Below, one piece after another: positions 45,883-55,161 of a stretch of 64,000 nucleotides of DNA (position 1 is the stretch's first letter; the number at the start of each line of letters is the position of its first letter). Source of the DNA: a bacterium (GTDB lineage Bacteria; Actinomycetota; Coriobacteriia; Coriobacteriales; CADBOM01); contig JAILQZ010000002.1 of the NCBI GenBank assembly GCA_024698685.1, positions 4,366-68,365 of the forward strand. Direction: 5' to 3'. A program made the translations under genes and the position numbers. Under the pieces are notes generated by a model, which had not been told where the DNA came from, did not search any database, and was given only the letters and a program-made list of their open reading frames with translations.

Positions 45883-46638
45883 ATGGGAAAGCTCTACATC
45901 GTTGGACTCGGGCCCGGCAACGCGGAGTACATGACGGTCGAAGCCGTAGAGGCGCTCAAGGAGGCGGATCTCGTCTGCGGCTACCCGGTCTACGTCGAGT
46001 TGGCCAAGCAGGTCGCACCCGACACCGAGACCTTCACCACTCCGATGACCAGGGAGGTCGAGCGTTGCCGCGCGGCGCTCAGCGAGGCAGCCAGCGGCAA
46101 GAGCGTCGCGATGGTCTGCAGCGGCGATGCAGGCGTCTATGGCATGTCCGGGCTCATCTACGAGCTCGCCGGCGAGTATTCGCCCGTCGAAATCGTCGTC
46201 ATCAGCGGAGTGACTGCTGCGCTCTCCGGCGGCGCAGTTCTCGGTGCCCCGCTCACGCACGACTTCTGCGTCATCTCGCTCTCCGACCTCCTCACCCCCT
46301 GGGAGAAGATCGAGAAGCGCCTGGAAGCGGCGGCTGAGGCGGACTTCTGCACCGCCATCTACAACCCCATGAGCCACAAGCGCAGAGATCATCTAAACCG
46401 CGCGTGCCGGATCATGATGAAGCACAAGAGCCCGCAGACTGTCTGCGGCTACGTGCGAAACATCGGACGCGAGGGCGAGGAGAGCTGGGTCGGCACACTC
46501 GAGGAGCTTGCCGATCTTGAGCTCGACATGTTCTGCACCGTGTTCATCGGCAACTCGCAGACCAAGGAAATCGACGGCAAGATGGTCACCCCGCGCGGCT
46601 ATCAGAAACGCATCGAAGAGGAAAGGCAGGGCCGATGA
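45883..46638 (+). CDS. cbiH: Cobalt-factor III / precorrin-3B C17-methyltransferase CbiH.
   Basis: 251 aa, beginning MGKLYIVGLGPGNAEYMT, with the motif VCSGDAGVYGM. Confidence 0.9.
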   Translation: MGKLYIVGLGPGNAEYMTVEAVEALKEADLVCGYPVYVELAKQVAPDTETFTTPMTREVERCRAALSEAASGKSVAMVCSGDAGVYGMSGLIYELAGEYSPVEIVVISGVTAALSGGAVLGAPLTHDFCVISLSDLLTPWEKIEKRLEAAAEADFCTAIYNPMSHKRRDHLNRACRIMMKHKSPQTVCGYVRNIGREGEESWVGTLEELADLELDMFCTVFIGNSQTKEIDGKMVTPRGYQKRIEEERQGR

Positions 46639-47390
46639 CGCGCGTTCTCCTATACGGAGGGACGACCGAAGGGCACGAGCTCGCCTGCGCGCTTGCGGAG
46701 GCTGGCCTCGAGGTCTGCGTCAGCGTGGCCACCGACGAGGGCGCCAAGGTGCTCCCGAAGGACCTCGCAGGGCTCACCGTGCGCATCGGCGCGCAGGATG
46801 CGGAGGAAAAGCACGAGTTGATGACCAGCGGCTTCGACGTCGTCGTCGACGCCACGCACCCCTATGCGACATCCGTTAGCAAGTCGGTGCGGGAGGCGGC
46901 GCAGCGGGCGGGTCTTCCGCTGCTGCGGATCATCAGGCCCAAAGGCGACACCGAGGGCTGCATCCTCGCCAGCTCGATTGCCGACGCGGTGGGCAAGATC
47001 CCGCCAGAGGGCAACGTGCTCGCCACCACCGGGAGCAAGGAAATCGGCCTCTACGCTGCGATGGAAGGCGTAGGAGAGCGCCTGTTCGCGCGCGTGCTCA
47101 ACGTTGAATCGTCCGTCGAGGCGTGCCGTGCGGCGGGCATCCCCGACGAGCACATCATCGCCAAGCGCGGACCCTTCTCGGTAGAGGAGAACATGGAATG
47201 CATCGACGAGCATCGCATCGAGGTGCTCGTGACCAAGGACGGCGGCAACGCCGGAGGATACCCCGAGAAGCTCGAGGCAGCGCGTGCCCGCGGCGTGACG
47301 ATGATCGTCATCGAGCGCCCCGAAGAGGAGACGGGCATCGAGAAGGACGAGGCGCTGCGGATGATACTCGAAGGAAGGTTTTCGCTATGA
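46635..47390 (+). CDS. cbiJ: Cobalt-precorrin-6A reductase CbiJ/CobK.
   Basis: 251 aa, beginning MTRVLLYGGTTEGHELA. The start overlaps the upstream stop as ATGA. Confidence 0.85.
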   Translation: MTRVLLYGGTTEGHELACALAEAGLEVCVSVATDEGAKVLPKDLAGLTVRIGAQDAEEKHELMTSGFDVVVDATHPYATSVSKSVREAAQRAGLPLLRIIRPKGDTEGCILASSIADAVGKIPPEGNVLATTGSKEIGLYAAMEGVGERLFARVLNVESSVEACRAAGIPDEHIIAKRGPFSVEENMECIDEHRIEVLVTKDGGNAGGYPEKLEAARARGVTMIVIERPEEETGIEKDEALRMILEGRFSL

Positions 47391-48652
47391 GAATCTCTCT
47401 CGTTGGAATCGGAATGGGCAGCGCGAGCACGGTTACCGCGCAGGCACGCGAGGCGATCGATGCCGCCGAGGTCCTGATCGGTGCCGAGCGCATGCTGCAG
47501 GCCGCTCTCGAGCTGGCTGACGAGCCCATGGGCAAGGCCCGCGTCGAGGCAATCGCCCCGAGCGAGATAGCCCGCGCGATCGAAGGGCTCGACGGCTATG
47601 AGAGCATCGCTGTCGTCTGCTCCGGAGACACGGGCTTCTACAGCCTCGCGTCGACGATCCGCAAGACCCTCGAAGAGCTGAACCTCGCGCCGCAGATCGA
47701 GCTGATCCCGGGCATCACGACAGTGCAGCATATGGCCGCCAAGCTCGGCCGCCCATGGCACAGCGCCAAGCTCGCTAGCGCGCACGGCCGCAGCTGCAAC
47801 TTCCTCGGAACGGTGCTGGCCAACGGCGAGTCGTTCTTCCTTACGGGCGGAAGCGCAACGCCGGCGACGATGATCGCCGAGCTCGTCGAGTGCGGTCTGG
47901 GCGAGCTGCAGGTTGCGGTTGGAGAGCGCCTCTCCTACGCCGACGAGCGCATCGTCTGCGGCAAGGCCTCCGAGCTGCTCGGCGAGGAGTTCGACAGCCT
48001 CGCAGCGATCTGGATCGTCCGCGGCGAGCTTGCCGACGAGGAGGTCGCACCCTTCATCGGCTTCAGCGGAATCCCCGACGAGCTCTTCACGCGCGGCAAG
48101 GCCCCGATGACCAAGCAGGAGGTCAGGGCTCTCGTCACATCCAAGCTGCGCCCGCAGCGCGGCGAGGCGATCTTCGATGTCGGCGCGGGCACAGGCTCCG
48201 TGGCCATCGAGACGGCCGGCCTCAATCCCTTCGCGCGCATCTTCGCAATCGAGAAGGAGCCAGATGCCTGCGAGCTCATCGAGATCAACCGCAAGCGCTT
48301 CGGCACCTTCAACGTACAAGTGGTCGAGGGGCGCGCACCAGAGGCCTTCGAAGGCCTGCCGGCTCCCGATGCCGCGTTCATCGGTGGCAGCACCGGCGAC
48401 TTCAACGCGATCATCGACAGGCTGCTCAAGCTCAATCCGAGCGTGCGCATCGTCGCCACCGCAGTGACGATGGAGACGGTCTCCCAGGCCACCGACGCCT
48501 TCGGCAAGCTGACCGAACAGGGCAAGATCTCCAACTTCAGCGCAACGCAGGTCGGCGTCACGCGAACGAAGCAAGCTGGCCGCTACCATCTGCTCTCCCC
48601 CGAGAGCCCGATATACATCTTCGAGGCGCAAGGCGCAGGTGAGCGCGAATGA
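47387..48652 (+). CDS. cbiET: Fused cobalt-precorrin-6B/7 methyltransferase-decarboxylase CbiE-CbiT (CobL-like).
   Basis: The ORF runs 47123..48652. I chose the start at MRISLVGIGMGS (ATGA overlap). The N-terminal half is a tetrapyrrole methylase. The C-terminal half has the SAM motif DVGAGTGSVAIE. Confidence 0.9.
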   Translation: MRISLVGIGMGSASTVTAQAREAIDAAEVLIGAERMLQAALELADEPMGKARVEAIAPSEIARAIEGLDGYESIAVVCSGDTGFYSLASTIRKTLEELNLAPQIELIPGITTVQHMAAKLGRPWHSAKLASAHGRSCNFLGTVLANGESFFLTGGSATPATMIAELVECGLGELQVAVGERLSYADERIVCGKASELLGEEFDSLAAIWIVRGELADEEVAPFIGFSGIPDELFTRGKAPMTKQEVRALVTSKLRPQRGEAIFDVGAGTGSVAIETAGLNPFARIFAIEKEPDACELIEINRKRFGTFNVQVVEGRAPEAFEGLPAPDAAFIGGSTGDFNAIIDRLLKLNPSVRIVATAVTMETVSQATDAFGKLTEQGKISNFSATQVGVTRTKQAGRYHLLSPESPIYIFEAQGAGERE

Positions 48653-50049
48653 GCGGCAAGGCCAAAGCCGCCGCTATCCCGCGCATCATGATCTCTGCGG
48701 GCGCCAGTGGATCCGGCAAGACGACGATAACCTCCGGGCTGCTGCGATGCCTTTCGAACAAGGGCATCGCCACCATCGCCTACAAGTGCGGCCCCGACTA
48801 CATCGACCCGATGTTCCACAAGACTGTCCTCGGCATTCCCTGCCGCAATCTCGACCTCTTCTTCTCCGACGAGAGCGAGGTGCGCACGCTGATGGCCGAA
48901 AGCTCCAGCGGCTACAGCGTGGCCGTGGTCGAGGGCGTCATGGGATTCTACGACGGCCTCGGCGGATCGGATACGCAGGCTTCGGCCTACCATGTGGCGC
49001 GCACGACCGGCACCCCTGTCATCCTGGTAGTCGACGGGCGCGGAGTCTCGTTGACGCTGGCCGCGACGATCAAGGGGCTCATCGGCTTCCGCGAGGGCAG
49101 CAACATCGCCGCCGTCATCATCAACCGCTGCTCCAAAGCGCTCTTCGAGCACCTCAGGCCGATCATCGAGAGCGAGTGCGGCGTCAAGGCGCTCGGATAC
49201 GTCGAGAACAGTCCCGAGATGGCTCTGGAAAGCCGGCATCTCGGCCTCGTCACCGCAGGCGAGGTCGATGACCTGCAGGCGCGCATCGACGCGATAGCGA
49301 GCCGCCTCGAGGTCTCGATCGACTTCGACGCGCTGCTCGAGATAGCCCGCGGCGCAGAGCCGATCGATTTCGAACCCTCTTCCGTGGAGCCGCTGGCAAC
49401 GGCAGCGGAGGCGCCCTGCATCGCGGTGGCGAGAGACGATGCCTTCTGCTTCTACTACGAGGAGAGCCTCGAGCATCTGCGCAGGCTGGGGGCCAGAATC
49501 GTCCCCTTCTCCCCCATCGCGGACAACGAGCTTCCATCCGAGGCCGACGCGCTCTACATCGGAGGCGGCTACCCCGAGCTGCACGCCGAGGAGCTCTCCG
49601 GCAACTCGACGATGCTCGAGTCGATCAGGCGCGCGCACGGAGAGGGCATGCCGATCTTCGCCGAATGCGGGGGCTTCATGTATCTCAAAGAACGCATGGC
49701 CGACCTCGACGGACGCGAGTTCGAGATGGTCGGGGTCCTCAGCGGCGGGGCGCACTACACAGGCAAGCTCACGCGCTTCGGCTACGTCGACCTCGAGGCG
49801 AAAGCCGATGGCCTCGGCATCGCCAAGGGCAGCCACATGAGGGCGCACGAGTTCCACTATTACGACAGCGACGACAACGGCAGCGCGATGCATGCCTCCA
49901 AGCAGCACTCCAAGCGCAGCTGGGACTGCTGCATAGCAGAGAAGAGGCTGTTCGCGGGCTTTCCGCACCTCTACCTGCCGGCGTGCGACGAGTTCGCGCG
50001 CGGGTTCGTGAGCACCGCGATCGAATACAGGGCGGAGCGGCTCGGATAG
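48649..50049 (+). CDS. cbiA: Cobyrinate a,c-diamide synthase CbiA.
   Basis: 466 aa with GASGSGKTTITSGL and a C-terminal glutamine amidotransferase (FAECGGFMYL). Confidence 0.9.
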   Translation: MSGKAKAAAIPRIMISAGASGSGKTTITSGLLRCLSNKGIATIAYKCGPDYIDPMFHKTVLGIPCRNLDLFFSDESEVRTLMAESSSGYSVAVVEGVMGFYDGLGGSDTQASAYHVARTTGTPVILVVDGRGVSLTLAATIKGLIGFREGSNIAAVIINRCSKALFEHLRPIIESECGVKALGYVENSPEMALESRHLGLVTAGEVDDLQARIDAIASRLEVSIDFDALLEIARGAEPIDFEPSSVEPLATAAEAPCIAVARDDAFCFYYEESLEHLRRLGARIVPFSPIADNELPSEADALYIGGGYPELHAEELSGNSTMLESIRRAHGEGMPIFAECGGFMYLKERMADLDGREFEMVGVLSGGAHYTGKLTRFGYVDLEAKADGLGIAKGSHMRAHEFHYYDSDDNGSAMHASKQHSKRSWDCCIAEKRLFAGFPHLYLPACDEFARGFVSTAIEYRAERLG

Positions 50050-50089
50050 GCCGAGCGCTGACGCAAGCACCAAAAGGGCAAGGAGACGA

Positions 50090-51616
50090 ATGGGCAAGGC
50101 ACTGATGATACAGGGGACCACCTCCAACGCGGGCAAGAGCCTGACCGTTGCGGCGATCTGCCGCATCCTGGCGCAGGACGGCTACAGCGTCGCCCCCTTC
50201 AAGAGCCAGAACATGGCGCTCAACAGCTTCATCACGCACGAGGGTCTCGAGATGGGCCGCGCACAGGTGATGCAGGCAGAGGCGGCGGGCATCGAGCCGC
50301 TCGTCGCGATGAACCCTATCCTGCTCAAGCCGACCGGCGACACGGGCAGCCAGATCATCGTCAACGGCGAGGTCACGGGGAACATGAGCGCAACCGACTA
50401 CTTCGACTTCAGGCACACGCTGCGCCCGAAGGTCATGGAGGCGTTCGATTCGCTGGCCAGCACGCACGACTTCGTCATAATCGAGGGCGCGGGCTCGCCG
50501 GCGGAGATCAACCTCAAGAAGGACGACATCGTCAACATGGGCATGGCGAAGATGGCCAAGGCTCCCGTGCTGATCGTCGGCGACATCGACCGTGGCGGCG
50601 TCTTCGCGAGCCTTTACGGCACGGTAGCGCTGCTCGACGATGACGAACGTACGCTCGTGAAGGGAACGATCATCAACAAGTTCCGCGGCGACAAGACGCT
50701 GCTCGACCCCGGCCTCGTCATGCTCGAGGACCTCACCGGCGTTCCGTGCCTCGGCGTCATTCCCTACATGCACCTTGACATCGACGACGAGGACTCGCTA
50801 TCCGACCGCATCGCCGGCGGCCGAGTCGGAGATGGTCCGATCGACATCGCGGTAGTGCGCCTCTCGCACCTGTCGAACTTCACCGACACCAACCCGCTGT
50901 CGCGCTATCGCCAGCTCTCGGTGCGCTATGTCGACAGACCCGAGGACCTGCGCAGCCCCGACCTCATCATCCTGCCAGGCACCAAGAACACGATGGACGA
51001 CATGGATTGGCTAGTCTCGCGCGGGCTGGACGTGGCGATTCGCCGCAGGGCAGCGGAAGGCGCGCTCATCCTCGGGATCTGCGGAGGCTACCAGTTGCTT
51101 GGCGAACGCCTCGACGACCCCGAGGGCGTCGAGCACGGCGGCTCGATGGCGGGCCTCGGCCTCCTCCCGATGCGCACGGTCTTCACCTCCGACAAGCGCC
51201 GCACGCGCGTCGACGCGATCACCGGCGAATTCATCGGCGAATTCGCGCAGCTTTCGGGCAAGACTCTCACCGGATACGAGATCCACATGGGCGCAACCGT
51301 GCCGGTCAACGGCGAGTGGGCGGAAGGCGCCAGGCCCTTCGCGACGTTGACCGACGACAACGGCAACACCATGGTTGACGGTTGCGTCTGCGGCAACGTC
51401 ATCGGCAGCTACTGCCATGGCATGTTCGAGGACGGCAGCTTCGGGCAGGCGCTCGTCGGGATGCTGTGCGAGCGCAAGGGCGTCGCAGCGAGCGACTTCC
51501 CCATCGAGACCTTCAGGCGTTACAAGGACAGGCAGTACGACGAGCTCGCCGCCACTGTGCGCGAGAGCATAGACATGGAGCTTCTGATGAGGATCATCGA
51601 GGAGGGTGTGCGATGA
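50090..51616 (+). CDS. cobQ: Cobyric acid synthase CobQ/CbiP.
   Basis: 508 aa, beginning MIQGTTSNAGKSLTVAAICR, with GICGGYQLLG. Confidence 0.95.
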   Translation: MGKALMIQGTTSNAGKSLTVAAICRILAQDGYSVAPFKSQNMALNSFITHEGLEMGRAQVMQAEAAGIEPLVAMNPILLKPTGDTGSQIIVNGEVTGNMSATDYFDFRHTLRPKVMEAFDSLASTHDFVIIEGAGSPAEINLKKDDIVNMGMAKMAKAPVLIVGDIDRGGVFASLYGTVALLDDDERTLVKGTIINKFRGDKTLLDPGLVMLEDLTGVPCLGVIPYMHLDIDDEDSLSDRIAGGRVGDGPIDIAVVRLSHLSNFTDTNPLSRYRQLSVRYVDRPEDLRSPDLIILPGTKNTMDDMDWLVSRGLDVAIRRRAAEGALILGICGGYQLLGERLDDPEGVEHGGSMAGLGLLPMRTVFTSDKRRTRVDAITGEFIGEFAQLSGKTLTGYEIHMGATVPVNGEWAEGARPFATLTDDNGNTMVDGCVCGNVIGSYCHGMFEDGSFGQALVGMLCERKGVAASDFPIETFRRYKDRQYDELAATVRESIDMELLMRIIEEGVR

Positions 51617-52143
51617 GCGAGGATGCCAAGAGGGGCCTCGTCCACCTCTACTCCGGGGACGGCAAGGGCAAGACGACCGCAGCTATGGGCTTGGCGGCCA
51701 GGGCTGCAGGCAGCGGAAAGCACGTGGTGATCGCGGAGTTCCTCAAGGGCGACCGCTCCTGCGAGCTCAACACGCTGCGACTCAGCGACAACGTCGAGGT
51801 CATGAAGGCCGACTGCCCCGTCAAGTTCTCCTTCCGGATGACCGACGAGGAGAGGGAGCGCACCAGGCTCGCGAACGACGAGCTGCTCGCGCGTCTCGCG
51901 CAGTGCGATTGCGACCTCATCGTGGCCGACGAGGCCATCAACGCCTACAGGCTCGACCTCATCGACCGCCAGGCGCTCAAGGACTTCGTCGTCAACAAGC
52001 CCGAGGGCACGGAGCTCGTGCTCACCGGCCGCCAGCCAGACGAGTTCTTCATCGAGCACGCGGACTACGCAACGGAGATGGTGTGCCGCAAGCATCCATA
52101 CCGAGAGCAGGGAATCAAGGCAAGAAAGGGTATCGAATTCTGA
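51613..52143 (+). CDS. cobO: Cob(I)yrinic acid a,c-diamide adenosyltransferase (CobO/BtuR type).
   Basis: Starts MSEDAKRGLVHLYSGDGKGKTTAAMG (ATGA overlap with cobQ). Confidence 0.85.
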   Translation: MSEDAKRGLVHLYSGDGKGKTTAAMGLAARAAGSGKHVVIAEFLKGDRSCELNTLRLSDNVEVMKADCPVKFSFRMTDEERERTRLANDELLARLAQCDCDLIVADEAINAYRLDLIDRQALKDFVVNKPEGTELVLTGRQPDEFFIEHADYATEMVCRKHPYREQGIKARKGIEF

Positions 52144-52787
52144 TGGCAACTATCGAACAGGTGCTTCCGAACGAGATCGAGAAGCGCAGCATGCAAATCA
52201 TCGGCGAGGAGCTCGCCGAGATGGGAATCGAGCTCGACCCGCGCAACGAGGCGGTCATAAAGCGGGTGATCCACACCTCCGCCGACTTCGACTACGCCAC
52301 CAGCCTCGCCTTCTCCGAGGGCGCGGTGGACGCCGGCGTGGCGGCACTCAAGCGCGGAGCCACCATCGTCACCGACACCAAGATGGCATGGTCGGGAATC
52401 AGCAAGCCCGCGTTGGCCAAGCTAGGCGCCGACGCGCAGTGCTACATGAGCGACCCAGACATCGCGCAGGCCGCCAAGGACAATGGCACGACCCGCGCTG
52501 TGGCTTGCATGAACAAGGCCGCAAGGCTCGAAGGCGACGTCATCATCGCTGTCGGCAACGCGCCAACCGCGCTCATCGAGCTGGACAAGCTGATCAAAGA
52601 TGGTAGAATCTCCCCCGCTCTGGTTATCGGCGTGCCAGTCGGCTTCGTCAACGTGGTCGCCAGCAAGGAGATCATCATGGAATCCGGCGTGCCCTACATC
52701 GTCGCGAAGGGGCGCAAGGGCGGAAGCAACATCGCAGCAGCGATCTGCAACGCCATGTTGTATGAGGCAACGAGGCGCGAGCTCTAG
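52143..52787 (+). CDS. cbiC: Cobalt-precorrin-8 methylmutase CbiC.
   Basis: Starts MATIEQVLPNEIEKRSMQII, with the motif VGNAPTAL. Confidence 0.9.
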   Translation: MATIEQVLPNEIEKRSMQIIGEELAEMGIELDPRNEAVIKRVIHTSADFDYATSLAFSEGAVDAGVAALKRGATIVTDTKMAWSGISKPALAKLGADAQCYMSDPDIAQAAKDNGTTRAVACMNKAARLEGDVIIAVGNAPTALIELDKLIKDGRISPALVIGVPVGFVNVVASKEIIMESGVPYIVAKGRKGGSNIAAAICNAMLYEATRREL

Positions 52788-52805
52788 GCATTGGAAGGAA
52801 GCGTC

Positions 52806-53837
52806 GTGAAGGACACTAAAGCAAGGCGCAAGACGAGATGGACGATGTCGTTCATCATACTCGGAGTGCTCCTGATAGTCTTCATGATCCTCAACATCGT
52901 CAAGGGCAGCGTCGACGTGCCCTTCTCCGACGTCATCGCGATCTTCTCAGGCGGTGACGCCAACGAGGTATCGCGGCAGATCGTGCTCTCGATGCGCATG
53001 CCGCGCGCTCTGGCCGCGGTGCTGCTCGGCGGCGCGCTAGCCCTCTCGGGCTACCTGCTGCAGACCTTCTTCCACAACCCGCTGGCCGGCCCGTTCGTCC
53101 TGGGAATCTCCTCGGGCGCAAAGCTGATCGTCGCCATCACGATGGTCTTCTTCCTCGGGTTCGGCATCAAGATGGGCTCGATCGCGATGATCGTCGCGGC
53201 GTTCATCGGCTCGATGATCGCGATGGGCTTCGTGCTGCTGATATCCAAGCGCGTCAACAACATGTCGATGCTGATCGTCGCCGGCATCATGGTCGGCTAC
53301 ATCTGCTCGGCCATCACCGAGTTCATCGTCACATTCGCTGACGACTCCGATATCGTCAACCTGCACAACTGGTCGCTGGGAAGCTTCTCGGGCACCACAT
53401 GGGACAACGTCGGCGTGATGGCGGTCATCGTCATCATCACCACGATCTTCGTCTTCCTGCTCTCCAAGCCGATCTCGGCCTACCAGCTCAGCGAGACATA
53501 CGCGGCCAACATGGGCGTCAACGTCAAGGCCTTCCGCGCGATCCTCGTCCTTCTCTCCAGCCTGCTCTCCGCCTGCGTAACCGCATTCGCCGGCCCGATC
53601 TCGTTTGTCGGAATCGCGGTGCCCCAGATAGTCAAGAACCTGTTCAAATCGTCGAAGCCGCTGCTGATGATACCCGCCTGCTTCGTGGGAGGAGGGGTCT
53701 TCTGCCTCCTCTGCGACCTGCTGGCGCGCATCGCTTTCGCACCCACCGAGCTATCGATCTCGACGGTAACCGCGGTCTTCGGCGCGCCGGTCGTCATCGC
53801 GGTCATGCTCCGCAGGCGCGCTGGGAAGATGGACTGA
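52806..53837 (+). CDS. FecCD/BtuC-family ABC permease (corrinoid/siderophore/heme type).
   Basis: The ORF runs 52791..53837 and begins with TTG. I prefer the GTG at 52806, which follows GGAAGGAAG. It carries the motif RMPRALAAVLLGGALALSGYLLQTFFHNPLAGPFVLGISSGA. Confidence 0.85.
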   Translation: MKDTKARRKTRWTMSFIILGVLLIVFMILNIVKGSVDVPFSDVIAIFSGGDANEVSRQIVLSMRMPRALAAVLLGGALALSGYLLQTFFHNPLAGPFVLGISSGAKLIVAITMVFFLGFGIKMGSIAMIVAAFIGSMIAMGFVLLISKRVNNMSMLIVAGIMVGYICSAITEFIVTFADDSDIVNLHNWSLGSFSGTTWDNVGVMAVIVIITTIFVFLLSKPISAYQLSETYAANMGVNVKAFRAILVLLSSLLSACVTAFAGPISFVGIAVPQIVKNLFKSSKPLLMIPACFVGGGVFCLLCDLLARIAFAPTELSISTVTAVFGAPVVIAVMLRRRAGKMD

Positions 53838-53847
53838 GGTGGTGGCG

Positions 53848-55005
53848 ATGGCTCAGGGCGCAGCTCCTCACGACAAGTACTACTTCACCGCCGAGAAGAT
53901 GACCGTCGGCTACGATGGCGTGCCCTTGATCGAGAACATCGACATCGAGATCGCAAAGGGCGAGATCCTCACGCTCATCGGGCCCAACGGCGCAGGCAAG
54001 TCGACGATTCTCAAGACGATTACCAAGCAGCTCTCGCTGCTCGGCGGCGCTGTCTACCTCAACGGCGAGGACATCCACAAGGTCAATCAGAAGGAGCTCG
54101 CGAAGCAGATCGCGGTCATGCTCACCGAGCGCATCCGCCCCGAGCTCATGACCTGCGAGGACGTCGTCGGAACGGGTCGCTATCCCTACACGGGCAGTCT
54201 GGGCCTGCTCACGGAGGAGGATGAGGCGGTCGTCAAGCGGACGATGGAGCTCGTGCGCATCTCCGAACTGGCCGATCGCGACTTCATGGCGATCAGCGAT
54301 GGCCAGCGCCAGCGCGTCATGCTCGCCAGGGCGATCTGCCAGGAGCCCGAGCTCATGATCCTCGACGAGCCCACCTCCTTCCTCGACATACGCTACAAGC
54401 TCGAGTTTCTCAACATCCTGCAGGAGATGTCGCGCAAGCAGGGAATGACCGTCGTGATGTCGCTGCACGAGCTCGACCTCGCCGAGCGTATCAGCGACAA
54501 GATCCTCTGCGTGCGTGGCAAGACCATCGACCGCTTCGGCACCCCCGACGAGGTCTTCGAGCCCGGATACATCGACAGCCTCTACGAGCTCACCGTCGGC
54601 TCCTACGATGCGTCATCGGGTCGCGTTGAGCTGCCGCGCATCGAGGGCGAGCCGGAGGTATTCGTCATCTCCGGCAACGGCACGGGCACCAGCTTCTTCA
54701 GGCAGCTGCAGCGTCTCTCCGTCCCCTTCGCCACCGGCATCCTCTCGCAAAACGACATCGATTATCCGGTCGCCTCGGTGCTGGCCGCCAACGTGATATC
54801 GGTTCCGGCATTCACCTTCTTCGGCGAGGGCGAGCTCGCGCAGGCGCGCGCGCAGATCGATTCCTGCGGCTGCGTCGTCATAACGCTAGGCAGCGAGGCT
54901 ACGATCCCGCATGAGCTGAACTCGCTGCTCGAATACGCAGCCGGCATTGGCAAGCAGGTCCTCTCCCCCGGCGAATACCTGGCGCAAAGGGCCGCCCAAG
55001 CCTGA
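53848..55005 (+). CDS. FecE/BtuD-family ABC ATPase with a ~125-aa C-terminal extra domain.
   Basis: The ORF runs 53839..55005 and begins with GTG. I prefer the ATG at 53848, which follows GAGGTG. It has Walker A GPNGAGKST and the signature ISDGQRQRVMLARA. Residues after about 262 (EPEVFVISGNGTGTSFF...) lie beyond a normal ABC cassette. Confidence 0.85.
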   Translation: MAQGAAPHDKYYFTAEKMTVGYDGVPLIENIDIEIAKGEILTLIGPNGAGKSTILKTITKQLSLLGGAVYLNGEDIHKVNQKELAKQIAVMLTERIRPELMTCEDVVGTGRYPYTGSLGLLTEEDEAVVKRTMELVRISELADRDFMAISDGQRQRVMLARAICQEPELMILDEPTSFLDIRYKLEFLNILQEMSRKQGMTVVMSLHELDLAERISDKILCVRGKTIDRFGTPDEVFEPGYIDSLYELTVGSYDASSGRVELPRIEGEPEVFVISGNGTGTSFFRQLQRLSVPFATGILSQNDIDYPVASVLAANVISVPAFTFFGEGELAQARAQIDSCGCVVITLGSEATIPHELNSLLEYAAGIGKQVLSPGEYLAQRAAQA

Positions 55006-55161
55006 GGCGCTGGCGATTTCCCCACAGCGAGCCTCCCCCCCCCTGTCGGCATAGGGCGAACAGGGCTATCATTGTTCGTGTAACCGATTGCCCGGGCCCA
55101 ACGCTTGCAGCACCTTGTCCGGGCGCGCCAATAGATACGAACGCGAAAGAGGGAGGTTCCA

